From Eledone cirrhosa (Eukaryota), in contig OZ024760.1 of NCBI GenBank assembly GCA_964016885.1, positions 27,218,001 through 27,282,000 on the forward strand: a stretch of DNA of 64,000 nt, in the 5' to 3' direction. This document shows positions 41,122 to 56,215 of the stretch, in pieces; the stretch's first letter is position 1; each line of letters begins with the position of its first letter. The notes beneath the pieces are model-generated. The model did no database searches. It worked only from the letters and a program-made list of their open reading frames with translations, and was not told where the DNA came from. A program made the translations under genes and the position numbers.

Positions 41122-42292
41122 TTACACCACCACCACCACCACTACCAACACCACCACCACTACCCACACCACCACTACCACCATCACAACCACCACCAAC
41201 AACACCACCACCACCACCACCACTACTACCACCACCACTACCACCATCACAACCACCACCAACACCACCAGTACCACCATCAACACCACCGACACCGCCA
41301 CCACCACTACCACCATCACAACCACCGCCACCACTACCAACACCACCACTACCACCATTACAACCACCACCAACAACACCACCACCACTACCAACACCAC
41401 CACTACCACCACCACTACCACCACCACCACAACCACCAACACTGCCACCACTACCAACACCACCACTACCACCATCACAACCACCACCACCACAACCACC
41501 ACCTCCAGAACCACCACCACCACTACCACCATCGCAACCACCACCAACAACACCGCCATCACCATCACTACCAACACCACCACTACCACCATCACAATCA
41601 CCGCCACCAACACCACCACTACCACCATCACAACCACCACCAACAACACCACCACCACTACCAACACCACCACTACCACCACCACCACAACCAACAACAC
41701 TGCCACCACCACCACTACCACCACCACCACAACCAACAACACCGCCATCACCACCACTACCAACACCACCACTACCACCACCACTACCACCATCACAACC
41801 ACCACCACTACCACCATCACAACCACCACCACCACTACAACCATCACAACAACCACCACCATCATTTCCACCACTACCAACAACAATAATAATACCACCA
41901 CTGGTGGTGATGGTGGTGGTGGTTGTGATGGTGGTGGTAATGGTGGTGGTGGTGGTGGTGTGGGGGTGGTGATGATGATGGTGGTGGTGGTGGTGGTTGG
42001 AGAGATGGTATAATTGCAATTATGGTGTTTGATGTAATGGTGGTGGTGGTGGTGTAGTGTGGTTGTGATGGTGGTGGTGGTGGTGGTGTAGTATGGTTAT
42101 ATGGGTGGTGGTGGTGGTGATGGTGTAGTGTGGTTGTGGTGGTGGTGGTGGTGGTGGTGTAGTGTGGTTGTGGTAGTGGTGGTGGTGTAGTATGGTTATA
42201 TGGGTGGTGGTGGTGGTGATGGTGTAGTGTGGTTGTGGTGGTGGTGGTGGTGGTGGTGGTGTAGTGTGGTTGTGGTGGTGGTGGTGGTGTAG
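41122..42292. repeat. (CAC/ACC)n trinucleotide-rich tract switching to (GGT)n at ~41900
   Basis: Directly visible. A similar (CAC)n tract is at 53990-54410. Confidence 0.95.
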
Positions 42293-42526
42293 GCTCACCC
42301 CACTCCCCGCAATAAAACCAAACTATATTCTAATAGAATTACTAAATGATTTTGTTGTAAAAGAACAAATGAATTGTTTTTAACCCTTTAGCATTTAAAC
42401 TGGTCACAACCGGCCAGAATTCTCTCTCTTCTTCCTGTTCAAACTGACCTAGGAGATTAATGTAAATGTTAAAAGGTTAAAGTATAATATTATCTCTAAC
42501 TTCATAACCTTATTGTAAAAATTGTA

Positions 42527-42576
<50 letters not shown>

Positions 42577-43334
42577 CTTAAACTTTATATATATCGTCTA
42601 ACCCATGCTAGCGTGGAAGAACGGACGTAAAACGGTGATGATGATGATGATGATATATATATATTTGCTTAAACTTTAATCTGTTATTTTAATAAATATT
42701 TGCTCTATGGTTCTTATATATTTGATATATATTTATCCTTATCGAGCCATCTTTGGATTTTAGTCTTCAAATTTATTATTATTACTATATATATATATAT
42801 ATATATCATCATCATCATTTTACGTCCACTTTTCCCTGCTTGCAAGGGTGGGACGGGAACTGATTCTGGCTTGATTTCTACAGCTGGATGCCCTTCCTAA
42901 CACCAACCTCATTTACAGTGAGTGCTGGGTGCTTTTTTGCCGTGGCGCCTCCACGACCACTTTGCAGTGGAATGATAGGGACCCCAGTCCCTATCATCTC
43001 ATTTCTACAGCTGAGTAAACTGGAGCAATGTGAAATAAAGTGTCTTGCTCAAGGAAACAACACATCACCCGGTCTGAGAATTGAACTCACACCCTTTCAA
43101 TTGCTAGGTCAATGCTCTAACCACTAAGCTATGTGCCTCCATATATATATGCATATATATATATATATGTGTGTGTATGTACAGTATGCTTCCCCCCTCC
43201 CCCAGCCCACACTGTCAATGTGGCGGGTGTTACGAAGGGCAACCAGCCGGAAAATTATATGTCTGTGTATATATATATATATATGTACGTACAGTATGCC
43301 CCACTCTCCAACTCACGCAGGATGTGTGAGAGAC

Positions 43335-44370
43335 AGTAAAAAGCACCCAGTCCACACTGTAAAGTGGTCATGTAAAAGACACAGTAAAAATCACCCAGTC
43401 CACACTGTAAAGTGGTCATGTAAAAGACACAGTAAAAATCACCCAGTCCACACTGTAAAGTGGTCATGTAAAAGACACAGTAAAAATCACCCAGTCCACA
43501 CTGTAAAGTGGTCATGTAAAAGACACAGTAAAAAGAACCCAGTCCACACTGTAAAATGTTTGTGTAAAAGACATGGCAAAAAGCACCCAGTCCACACTGT
43601 AAAGTGGTCATGTAGGTGACACAACAAAAAGCACCCAGTCCACACTGTAAAGTGGTCATGTAAAAGACACAGTAAAAATCACCCAGTCCACACTGTAAAG
43701 TGGTCATGTAAAAGACACAGTAAAAATCACCTAGTCCACACTGTAAAGTGGTCATGTAAAAGACACAGTAAAAAGAACCCAGTCCACACTGTAAAATGTT
43801 TGTGTAAAAGACATGGCAAAAAGCACCCAGTCCACACTGTAAAGTGGTCATGTAGGTGACACAACAAAAAGCACCCAGTCCACACTGTAAAGTGGTCATG
43901 TAGGTGACACAACAAAAAGCACCCAGCACACACTGTAAAGTGGTCATGTAGGTGACAACAAAAAGCACCCAGCACACACTGTAAAGTGTTCGTATAAAAG
44001 ACATGGCAAAATGCACCCAATACACACTATAAAGTGGTCGTGTAGGTGACATGGTAAAAAGCACCCAGCACACACCGTAATGTGGACTTGTAAAAGACAG
44101 TAAAAAGCACCCAGCACACACTGTAAAGTGTTTGTGTAAAAGAAATGGCAAAAAGCACCCAGTCCACACTGTAAAGTGGTCATGTAGGTGACACAACAAA
44201 AAGCACCCATGTGGTTGGGCGTTAGGAAGGGCATCCAACCGTAGAAAACCAGCCAGAAACACTCCTGTATGAGCGAGACACGGACACCCGACACAACTTG
44301 CCTCTAAATGGGACCCGTCTAACCCATGCTAGCGTGGAAGATAGACATTAATCGATGATGATGATGATGA
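43335..44370 (+). repeat. 48-bp minisatellite grown from the RTE/SINE 3' tail
   Basis: Unit aaaagcacccagtccacactgtaaagtggtcatgtaaaagacacagt, followed by the normal RTE tail and (GAT)n. The same module is expanded at 45410-46415, 56680-56910 and 63075-64000 (-). Confidence 0.9.
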
Positions 44371-44485
44371 TAGATATTGTTATACTTGCCAATACAAACA
44401 GACGCACCTGTTGGTTGTCACTTCAATTTATTATAAATTTCCGGTTGGCTGGTTGGTTCGATAACGGGAAGGTTGTTTATATATT

Positions 44486-44528
44486 GTCAAAGCTCTTTCG
44501 TCACACATTCCGTGACCTCCTCAGTGAC
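44486..44528 (-). ncRNA. Minimal hammerhead motif, family I
   Basis: On the - strand: GUCA-CUGAGGA-G GUCAC[GGAAUGU]GUGAC-GAAAGAGCUU^UGAC. Degenerate relatives at 38985-39030 and in the inverted pair at 54850-55160. Confidence 0.62.
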
Positions 44529-45081
44529 TAGGTTTTTATTTTGTCTCTCTCCTTTGTTCTGCCCTACACCATCTTGTTTTTGTGTAAAACAAGTTATATA
44601 AATGCTCTCTCCTTCTGTTGTATGTATGTTTGAGTGTATGTGTAGATGAGTGAGTGTGTATGCATATGTTTTTGTGTGTACATGTGTGTATGTATGTATG
44701 TGTGTATGTATGTGTATGTGTACGTGTGTGTGTGTGTATGTATGTGTGCATATGTAAGAGTATACAATATGGCTGTAAGTTTTATAAATTCTCTCTCCTT
44801 CTGTTGTATATATGTGTATGTATGTTTGAGTGTATGTGTACGTGTGTATGTGTACGTGTGTATGTATGTGTAGGAGTGTGTGTGTACGTGTGTGTGTGAA
44901 TGTAAGTATGTATGCATATATGAGTGTATTCTGTTGTCTATATGTGTATGTATGTTTGAGTGTATGTGTACATCTGTATGCATGTTTTGTGTGTACGTGT
45001 GTGAATGTAAGTATGTGTGCATAAGTGAGTGTATACAACATGGCTGTAAGTTTTATAAATTCTCTCCCCTTGTATTTCCAG

Positions 45082-45233
45082 CCTAGCTGCAGATTATGAC
45101 AGACACAGTATGGATGCATTAGAAAACCCAGATCACTACCTGGGAAACCCAGTCAATGCATTTTTACTGGTGAAACGATTTACAGTAGACTGGGATAAAG
45201 ATTTTTATTTATTAAAAGATAACATCACAAATG
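45082..45233 (+). CDS. P4HA: P4HA coding exon 2
   Basis: ttccag acceptor. It reads (S)LAADYDRHSMDALENPDHYLGNPVNAFLLVKRFTVDWDKDFYLLKDNITN, containing the P4HA N-domain motif YLGNPVNAFLLVKR. Donor G|GTAAGT. Phase 2 in, phase 1 out, matching the neighbouring exons. Confidence 0.93.
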
Positions 45234-45409
45234 GTAAGTAGAATCAACCCCCTACTCTCTCTCTCTCTCCTCAAATCTCTCTTTCCTTCACACCCCCTAA
45301 TACATGACACAGGACCGAGACCTCTGGTGTTAGGCAGTAATACAGAAGACCCGAGTTCCTACAGGTACAAGTCAAAGCTGAAGCATATAGACAGTATGCC
45401 CCCACGCCC

Positions 45410-46415
45410 CTCCCATTGTAAAGTGGTCATGTAGGTGTCACAACAAAAAAAGCATCCAGTCCACACTGTAAAGTGGTCATGTAGGTGTCACAACAAAAAG
45501 TACCCAGTACACACTGTAAAGTAGTCATGTAGGTGTCACAACAAAAAGTACCCAGTACACACTGTAAAGTGGTCATGTAGGTGTCACAACAAAAAGTACC
45601 CAGTACACACTGTAAAGTGGTCATGTAGGTGTCACAACAAAAAGTACCCAGTACACACTGTAAAGTGGTCATGTAGGTGTCACAACAAAAAGTACCCAGT
45701 ACACACTGTAAAGTGGTCATGTAGATATCACGATAAAAAGCACCCAGTCCACACTGTAAAGTGGTCATGTAGGTGTCACAACAAAAAGCTCCCAGTCCAC
45801 ATTGTAAAGTGGTCATGTAGGTGTCACAACAAAAAGTACCCAGTACACACTGTAAAGTGGTCATGCAGGTGTCACAACAAAAAGCTCCCAGTCCACACTG
45901 TACAGTGGTCATGTAGGTGTCACAACAAAAAGTACCCAGTACACACTGTAAAGTGGTCATGTAGGTGTCACAACAAAAAGCTCCCAGTCCACACTGTAAA
46001 GTGGTCATGTAGGTGTCACAACAAAAAGCTCCCAGTCCACACTGTAAAGTGGTCATGTAGGTGTCACAACAAAAAGTACCCAGTACACACTGTAAAGTGG
46101 TCATGTAGGTGTCACAACAAAAAGTACCCAGTACACACTGTAAAGTGGTCATGTAGGTGTCACAACAAAAAGCACCCAGTACACACTGTAAAGTGGTCAT
46201 GTAGGTGTCACAACAAAAAGCACCCAGTCCACACTGTAGAGTGGTCGTGTAGGAGAACCCAGCACTCACTGTAAACATGGTTGGTGTTAGGAAGGGCATC
46301 CAGCTGTAGAAATCAAGCCAAAATCAATTCTGCATGAACCTGACCTGGCATTGCCCACAACTGGACAACCTGTCTAACCCATGCTAGCGTAGAAGCATGG
46401 ATGATGATGATGATA
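45410..46415 (+). repeat. 48-bp minisatellite plus RTE-type tail
   Basis: gtggtcatgtaggtgtcacaacaaaaagtacccagtacacactgtaaa, about 17 copies. Confidence 0.9.
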
Positions 46416-48699
46416 CACTATAACACAATGAGTAGGTGGAGAGCTCAATTGATGAAATGGCAAATACTCCTTATTAAAATTGACAGCGAAGGAGTGTCAA
46501 GGAATCCCGGTGGAAGGAAGACGCAGTAGAGGAAGACTACGGAAAATATGGGAGGAGGTGGTGAGAGCTGACCTCAGATCGGTGAAGGTCACGGTGGAGA
46601 TGACGACCATGACAAGTGGAGAGATGCTGTGCTGAATAGGACCTGTCCCACCCTTGCAAGCAGGGAAAGGCTTGTAATTCCATCAAGGCACTTGTTCTAG
46701 TATTGAAAGAATCCATGTCACAAACACATACACACAAACAAACACATACACATAAACACTCAAACAAACACATAAACACTAACACATACACACATAAACA
46801 AACACACAAACATTAACATACACACATACACACACATAAACACTAACGTACACACATGCACACACACACATACACACACAAGTAGACACACACACACATA
46901 CACACAAACACACACATACACACACACATAAACACTAACATATACACACAAACAAACACAAACACTACCACACACACAAACACTAACATACACACATAAA
47001 CACTAACATACACACATACACACACACAAACACACACATACACACACACAGGTAGTCACACATACACACACACACACACAGGTAGTCACACACACACACA
47101 CACACACACACAGGTAGTCACACATACACACAAACACACACACAGGTAGTCACACACACACAGGTAGTCACATAAACACGAACACACACACATATATACA
47201 CATACAAAGAAAACATAAACATACAATCTTCACATACACACACAGAGCCATGTTTGGACCTTGGGGACCTCAGGGCAGTCCCTGGGGGTGAGGGGTGGCC
47301 CAGGAATTCTGCTCCCTAGACCCCCTCAGATAAATTTTTTTTGGGGGGGGGCTGTACAAAGACTATACTCACACTAATCCTCACTCACTGCATTCTTTCC
47401 TCCTCCTACTACCATTATCTCTTATGTTTTCATCCTCTTCCTCTCCCTCCCTCTTTCTTCCCCTTTCCCCCCTCTTTCTTCTTCTTTCTCTTTCTTCTCC
47501 CCCACCCCCTCCTTTTCCCTCTCCCTCCCTCTTTCTTCACCTTTCCCTTGCCCTCTCCCCCTCTTTATTTCCTCTCCCTCACCCCTTCTTTTTCCTTTCC
47601 CTCTCACCCCTCCTTCTCAGTCTCTCTGACCCTTCTCCCCTTCCTCACTCTCTCTACCTCATGCCCATCCCTTTCTATCTGCCTATCCCTTCTTCCTTTC
47701 CTATTCTCTCTCTCTCTCTGTCAGAGCCCCCTAACCCCCAACCCCTACTCTCCATCATTTCACACACCCGTCCTTTATTATTCAACACCACCAGACCATG
47801 ACACACCTGGGGTTCCCCTTCTTCACTCTCTCCCCCTCTCTCTATTAATCTGTATATACACACACACATGAAAATATATGTGTATATGACTCTCTGTCTA
47901 GAATGGAGTATATCATCATCATCATCATCATCATTATTTTACGTCCACTTTTCCCTGCTTGCAAGGGTGGGACGGGAACTGATTCTGGCTTGATTTCTAC
48001 AGCTGGATGCCCTTCCTAACACCAACCTCATTTACAGTGAGTGCTGGGTGCTTATTTGCCGTGGCACCCCCACGACCACTTTACAGTGGAATGATAGGGA
48101 CCCCAGTCCCTATCATCTCATTTCTACAGCTGAGTAAACTGGAGCAATGTGAAATAAAGTGTCTTGCTCAAGGAAACAACACATCACCCGGTCTGAGAAT
48201 TGAACTCACAACCTTTCGATTGCAAGGCCAATACTCTAACCACTAAGCCATGTGCCTCCATATGAGTATGTATATGCATGTATGTATGAATATGTATGTA
48301 TGAGTGTGTATGTATGAGTATGTATGTGTATGTATGTATGAATATGTATGCATACGTATGAATATGTATAAATATCTATGAATATGTATGTATGTATGTT
48401 TGTATGTCAGGTCACTCTTGAGTGCTACTGGTAACATATAACCCAGTACAACCTGTCGCATGGTCGGGTTGTCAGCGACTAAACCGGCAACCCCACCAAG
48501 TTTACTTGGTGAGGAGTATGATTTTGGACACCCTGTAGGACAAAAAACAAAACCTGACAAATGACAGAAGAACTCATAAGAGTTAACGGCCATCAAAAAA
48601 TATGTAAATATGTGTATACATATATACATGTGTATACATATATATGTATATACATGTATGCATGTGTGTGCATATGCACGGGGACATAGAAATAATCGG

Positions 48700-50050
48700 G
48701 CCAGAATTCTCTCACTTTCTGTTCAAACCAGCTGGAACCGGATGTTCATACCAATGTTAAGGTATTGTTCTTAAAATAAATAATATCAAAATCTCATAGA
48801 TTCGGAATTATGTGTGGTAAAGACTTTACTGTGAAAATACAATAGTATATATAGAGTAATGTAAATGTTATGTGAGATATTATGTGAGGTAAAGCATTTA
48901 CTGTAAAAATACAATAGTATATATAGAATAATGTAAATGTTATGTGAGATATTATGTGAGGTAAAGACTTTACTGTGAAAATACAATAGTATATATAGAG
49001 TAATGTAAATGTTATGTGAGATATTATGTGAGGTAAAGCCTTTACTGTGAAAATACAATAGTATATATAGAGTAATGTAAATATTATGTGAAGTAAAGCC
49101 TTTACTGAAAATACAATAGTATATATAGAGTAATGTAAATGTTATGTGAAGTAAAGCCTTTACTGTGAAAATACAATAGTATATATAGAGTAATGTAAAT
49201 GTTATGTGAGATATTATGTGAGGTAAAGTCTTTATCGTGAAAATACAATAATATATATAGAGTAATGTAAATATTATGTGAGGTAAAACCTTTACTGTGA
49301 AAATACAATAGTATATATAGAGTAATGTAAATGTTATGTGAAGTAAAGACTTTACTGTGAAAATACAATAGTATATATAGAGTAATGTAAATATTATGTG
49401 AGATATGTGAGGTAAAGCCTTTACTGTGAAAATACAATAGTATATAGAGAGTAATGTAAATGTTATGTAAGATATTATGTGAGGTAAAGCCTTTACTGTG
49501 AAAATACAATAGTATATATAGAGTAATGTAAATGTTATGTGAGATATTATATGAGGTAAAGCCTTTACTGTGAAAATAGAATAGTATATATAGAGTAATG
49601 TAAATGTTATGTGAGATATTATGTGAGGTAAAGCCTTTACTGTGAAAATAGAATAGTAAATATAGAGTAATGTAAATGCTATGTGAGATATTATATGAGG
49701 TAAAGCCTTTACTGTGAAAATAGAATAGTATATATAGGGTAATGTAAATGTTATGTGAGATATTATATGAGGTAAAGCCTTTACTGTGAAAATAGAATAG
49801 TATATATAGAGTAATGTAAATGTTATGTGAGATATTATGTGAGGTAAAGCCTTTACTGTGAAAATACAATAGTATATATAGAGTAATGTAAATGTTATGT
49901 GAGATATTATATGAGGTAAAGCCTTTACTGTGAAAATAGAATAGTATATATAGGGTAATGTAAATGTTATGTGAGATATTATGTGAGGTAAAGCCTTTAC
50001 TGTGAAAATACAATAGTATATATAGAGTAATGTAAATGCTAAAGGGTTAA
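48700..50050 (+). mobile_element. piggyBac-like MITE with a large internal 72/60-bp tandem expansion
   Basis: Same MITE and unit as 26952-27465 in the opposite orientation; ends aatgctaaaggg|ttaa at ~50050. Confidence 0.75.
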
Positions 50051-50172
50051 GATAAGTATGAGCAGAAAGAGGTGAAAGAATTCTGGTCAGAAACGGTCGG
50101 ATTAAATGCTAAAAGTTTAAGAAACATGGCAACAAAATGGTTAACATTTTTGTGGGTTTTGTTTTGTTGTAG

Positions 50173-50334
50173 AATTAGTGTCAACGATAGAAGCCAAGCG
50201 ACAGCATCTTCCTGACTATGAAGACCTCAATGGTGCAGCAGCTGCTCTTTTACGGTTGCAGGATACATACCAGTTGGAGACATCTGATATTGCACGAGGA
50301 GAGGTTGGAGGTGTGAAAACTGCAGAACTCACAG
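50173..50334 (+). CDS. P4HA: P4HA coding exon 3
   Basis: ttgtag acceptor. It reads (E)LVSTIEAKRQHLPDYEDLNGAAAALLRLQDTYQLETSDIARGEVGGVKTAELT, containing the P4HA motif P..EDL.GAA.AL.RLQDTY. Donor G|GTATGT, phase 1/1. Confidence 0.95.
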
Positions 50335-51049
50335 GTATGTATTGTTTTATACATTATACACACATACATATATACACACACACACACACATATATATACA
50401 CACATACATACACACATATACATACACACACACATATATACATACACACACATATACATACATATATACATACACACATATATATACACATACACACACA
50501 TACACATATATATACACACATACATACACACACACATATACACACACATATACATACACACACATATATATACACACACATATACACACATACACACATA
50601 TATACATACACACATATATATACACATACACACACATACACATATATATATACACACACATATATATACACACACACATATATATACAAACACACACACA
50701 CACAAATATACATACACACATACATTATATATATTATTATAGTTTAACATCCATTTTTCCACCCTAGACATACATATATACACACACATACATGCACATC
50801 TAATTCATATATATATATTTATGTATATCATCATCATCACTGTTTAACCTCCCATCTTCCACGCTAGCATAGGTTAGATGGGCTTGTCCCATTTAGAGCC
50901 ACGTTGGGTCGGGTGGCTGTGTCTCGCTCACAATATATATACAATATGGTCTACCTTTAGGTGTCTGTCTTTTTTCTAAAAAAATAATAGACATGACATA
51001 GTTTGAAGTTAAGGGTTTAAACACTTACTTGAGGAGGGGTTTTTTTCTG

Positions 51050-51580
51050 CTGAAAACCTTCTGCTGTCCACCTCTCCTGAGAGTTTCTTCCCTGAAGACC
51101 TTCTGCTGTCCAGCTTTCTTGAGAGTTTCTTCCCCGAAGACCTTCTGCTGTCCAACTCTCCTGAGAGTTTCTTCCCTGAAGACCTTCTGCTGTCCAGCTT
51201 TCTTGAGAGTTTCTTCCCTGAAGACCTTCTGCTGTCCAACTCTCCTGAGAGTTTCTTCCCTGAAGACCTTCTGCTGTCCAACTCACCTGAGAGTTTCTTC
51301 TCTGAAGACATTCTGTTGTCCAGCTCTCCTCAGAGTTTCTTCTCTGAAGACACTCTCCTGAGAGTTTCTTCTCTGAAGACATTCTGTTGTCCAGCTCTCC
51401 TCAGAGTTTCTTCTCTGAAGACCTTCTGCTGTCCAGCTCTCCTGAGAGTTTCTTCTCTGAAGACTTTCTGTTGTCTAGCTCTCCTCAGAGTTTCTTCTCT
51501 GAAGACTTTCTGTTGTCCAGCTCTCCTGAGAGTTTCTTCTCTGAAGACATTCTGTTGTCCAGCTCTCCTCAGAGTTTCTT
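51050..51580 (+). repeat. 42-bp minisatellite
   Basis: Unit ctctcctgagagtttcttccctgaagaccttctgctgtccag, about 12 copies. Confidence 0.92.
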
Positions 51581-53257
51581 ACCACTAGAAATATATTTGG
51601 CTGCTATTTCTAGCAGGCCAAGAAGCCACATGGACAGGGTTCTCTGGGTTAAATAAACGGAGGAATGATGAGGGCTGAGGGACAAGAAAAGTGTTTACAG
51701 CTGTGAAAACACACGGCTTCTAAAATTATATATAATTATTAAAATATGCAGCATAAAAGTGTGTGTACATATGTACATCTGCCTGTGTGTATGTGTTTAT
51801 TCCCATACATCTATGTATGTGTGTATGTGTGTGCATGTCTGTCTGTTTATTCCTATACATCTATGTATGTACATGCATATGTATGTGTTTATTCCCATCT
51901 ATGTATGTGTATGCCTATATGTGTGTGTGTGTGTGCATGTTTTGTGTGTTTATTTGTATACATCTATGTATGTGTATGCATATGTATCTGTGTGTGTATG
52001 TATGTATATTAGTGTGTCCCATTCTATGTGAGTGTATGCATATGTAACTATATACGCATGTGTATAAATATATATTTATATACATGTGTGTATGCATGTG
52101 CAAAAATATATATATAAATATAAGTATGTATAAATATATATTTTTATGTATGTGTATGTATATTTATAAATGTATATGCATATGTGTGTATATGTATATG
52201 CATATGTGTATATATGTATATGCATATGTGTATATGCATATGTGTGTATATGTATATGCATATGTGTATATATGTATATGCATGTGTGTGTATATGTATA
52301 TGTATGAATGTATATAGCAGTCGTAATGTTCAAACTTGACATAATAACTGATTTGAGGGTGATCTGGCTGCTATGTCTAGCAGATTAATGCTACCACTGT
52401 TAGTTTGGGTCAATGAGATACCTATCATATATTTAAACATGACATAAGTGATTTGAGGGCGATTTAGCTACTATCTCTAGCATATTAATACTACCATTGT
52501 TAGCTTCAGTGAATCAGATACCTCTCATATGTTCATACAAGACATAATAGCTGTTTTGAGGGTGATTTTAGCTGCTATTTCTAGCAGATTGATAGTGCCA
52601 GTGTTAGCTTAGCCTAGTCAGGTGTCTGTCGTATATATATAAAACATGACATAGTAGGTGATTTGAGGGAGATTTAGCTACTGTGTCTAGCAGATTAATC
52701 CTCTAACATTTACATTACTCTATATATACTATTATATTTTCACAGTATATATTTCACATAATATCGAATCTATGAGATTTTGATATTTATTTTGAGAACA
52801 ATACCTTAACATCAGTATGAGTGGCTGGTTACAGCCAGTTTAACCCTTTAGCATTTACATTACTCTATATATACTATTATATTTTCACAGTAAAGGCTTT
52901 ACCTCACATAATATCGAATCTATGAGATTTTGATATTTATTTTGAGAACAATACCTTTACATCAATATGAGTGGCTGGTTACAGCCAGTTTGAACAGAAA
53001 GAGGTGAGAGAATTCTGGCCTGATATGGCCAGTTTAAATGCTAAAGGGTTAATGCTACCATAATCAGCTTAAGTAAATGAACTGTCTGTTATGTTTACTG
53101 AGAAATTACAATGTTTACCAATGTTCTCTAATTAATTAATAGATATCCACTAATTAGGTATTTATTAATTGAATTAACTGTTTACATAAACACTAGTTGA
53201 CTTTTCTATATCTTAACATATTTACATAATGTATTTATATTATTATTATTTGGTGCA

Positions 53258-55340
53258 TTGGCAGTATTGGTAGAGAGTCGGACACCATGCGTTGAAGCAT
53301 AGAGTTACGTCCCTTTATGATCTGAGTTCAAATCCCGCCGAGGTTAACTTTGCCTTTCATCCTTACGGGGTCGATAAAATAAAGTACAAGTAATGTGCTG
53401 GGTAATTGCTGGCCTTGTGCCTAAATTAGAGACAATTATTTATGTAGTTACTGCTGTTAATATTATTACCCCCCCCCCCCCCCTCCGACACACACACACT
53501 GTTCCTGTCTTTGTATTGTCCCCTATATGTCGGCGCCCTGGTGGCCAATAAAGAAATCATTATCATTCGGCAGTATCGGTAGAGTGTCAGACACCATGCT
53601 TTGCTGCAAAGAGTTACATCCCTTTCCATTCTGAGTTCAAATCCAGCCGAGGTTAACTTTGCCTTTCCTCCTTGCGGGGCTCGATAAAATAAAGTACCAG
53701 TAATACACTGGGTAATTGCTGGCCTTGTGCCTAAAGTAGAAACAATTATTATTATTATCATAGGGTGGTGGATAGGTAGAATCGGTAGAGTGTCGGACAA
53801 CATGCTTTGAGGCATAGAGTTATGGCCCTTTACGTTATGAGTTCAAATCCCGCCGAGGTTAGCTTTGCCTTTCATCCTTACGGGTTCGATAAAATAAAGT
53901 ACCAGTAATGTACTGGGGTTGATTTAATCGACTTTCCCCCTCACCCAAAATTGCTGGCCTTGTGCCTAAAGTAGAAACAATCATTTTTATTGTCACCACC
54001 ACCACCACCACAACCACCACCACAACTACTACATCATCACTACCACCACCACACCACAACTACTACCACTACCACCACTACTCTCACCACCACAACTATC
54101 ACACCACCAACACTACCACTACCACCAACACTACCACCACAACTACTACCCCACTACCACACCACCACCACAACTACTACCCCACTACCACCATCGACAC
54201 CACAACTACTACACCACCACCACTACTACAACCACCATCACCACCATCAACACCACAACTACTACACCACCACCACCACCACCACACCACCACAACTACC
54301 ACACCACCACCACTACCACCACCACCACACTACCACCACCACAACACCACTACCACCACACCACAACTACTTCATCACTACCATCACACCACACCACCAC
54401 TACCACCACCACTGATATATTTTTTTGTAAACTAATTTTTATGTTTTATTTCTTGGTATTATTTTTTTGTTTAATCTTATTGCCAAAAATATATAAATAC
54501 TTTTTATTAGAAACAATGTATTTGTATTGCAAGCTTTTTCATGTGAAGTCATGTGTTGAGACAGATATTGTTATATTTGGGGAGGTCATGGTTGCTTCAG
54601 TATAGCTTTATATTTCTATAAATAATTTAGCTGGCAATCAATGTGGCGGTGGATTAGCAGTATCGGTAGAGGGTCGGGCGCCATGCTTTGATGCATAGAG
54701 TTATGGCCCTTGCACAGTTACGTCCCTTTACGAACTGAGTTAAAATCCCGCTGAGGTTAACTTTGCCTTTCATCCTTACGGGGGTCGATAAAATAAAGTA
54801 CCAGTAATGCACTGGGTAATTGCTGGACTTGTGCCAAAAGTAAAAACAATTATTGATTGACCAACAGTTAAAAAATATAAATATAAATATAGTTTTTCAA
54901 AGTTCTTTCGTCACACATATCTGTGACATCTTCAATGATTATCATGTTTCTATGTTTCCTCCTGTTGTGTTCCTATAGGAGACCTATGTATATATACATA
55001 GGAACATAACAGGAGGAAACATGATATTCACCGAAGATGTCACATATGTGTGACAAAAGAACTCTGGAAATCTATATTTATATTTATGTATTTTAACTGT
55101 TGGTCAATTAATGATAAAAATATTGATTGCCAGCTAAATTATCTATAGAAATATAAAAATATACTAAAGTGAAAACAAAACCAAACTGAGTGTGTTTTAC
55201 TATATTTTTATGGCAATATTAGAACATGACCCTCTCAAATATAACAATATTTAATATAGATATATTTCACAAAATTTTATTTATTGTTTTTTTATAAATT
55301 TTATTTCATGTTCTCATAATTTATATAATTCTCCAAATTT

Positions 55341-55422
<82 letters not shown>

Positions 55423-56125
55423 GATAGATATAGAGTTTTTTTTGTTTATTTTATTCAATTTTAATTTTAAAATAAATAGTTTTTTTTTTTTTGTTTTTTT
55501 TTGGAATGGTAACCTACGGGGATATTCTAATTAATTATATTTTAACTAATTAACTAATTAGCTACTGGCTTGCATCATTACTGGAATGCTTATTTTTTTA
55601 TTTATTTATTTATTTTTTGTTTTGTCCTTTGATTAACTGCTGCTGCTACTACTACTAATAATAATATTGTTACTACTACCACTACTACTACTGTTACTGC
55701 CACTACTACTACTACTAGTGCTATTGCTACTACTGTTGTTAATGTTATTATTATTATCATCATAAAGGGAAGGGCGGTGGATTGGCAGTATCGGTAGAGG
55801 GTCGGACACCATGCTTTGCAGAGTTACGGCCCTTTATGGTCTGAGTTCAAATCCCGCCGAGGTTAACTTTGCCTTTCATCCTTACGGGGTGGATAAAATA
55901 AAGTACCGGTAATACACTGGGATAATTGCTGGCCTTGTGCCTAATATAGAAACAATTATTATCATCATACTTTTGGCACAAGGCCAGCAATTTGGAGGGA
56001 AAGGGGAAAGTGAATTAAATGAACCCCAGTGTGTTACTGGTACTTTATTTTACCAATCCTATAAGGATGATGAAAAGCAAAACTAACCTCAGCGGGATTT
56101 GAACTCAGAACATAAAGGGTCGTAA
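53258..56125 (+). mobile_element. Region with multiple SINE family 1 copies
   Basis: Copies at ~53258-53437, 53568-53755, 53770-53990, 54650-54855, 55780-55960 and 55968-56125 (-). Also at 27675-27835 (-) and 57245-57430. Confidence 0.8.
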
Positions 56126-56215
56126 CTTAATGGCTTTCATTGTTCAGGGTCATGCTTTAGAATCTCTCTCTCCCTATCACTTCTGTTCCCTGTTCAATAT
56201 GTGGTTATATCTTAA

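Noticed and set aside
41012-42019. Gly-rich, Thr-rich and His-rich ORFs resembling structural proteins or mucins
   Set aside because: Trinucleotide low-complexity DNA open in several frames, with no supported start or splice context.
51050-51580. CTGAAGA in each 42-bp unit as a tandem hammerhead array
   Set aside because: No downstream GAAA core or stems on the same strand.
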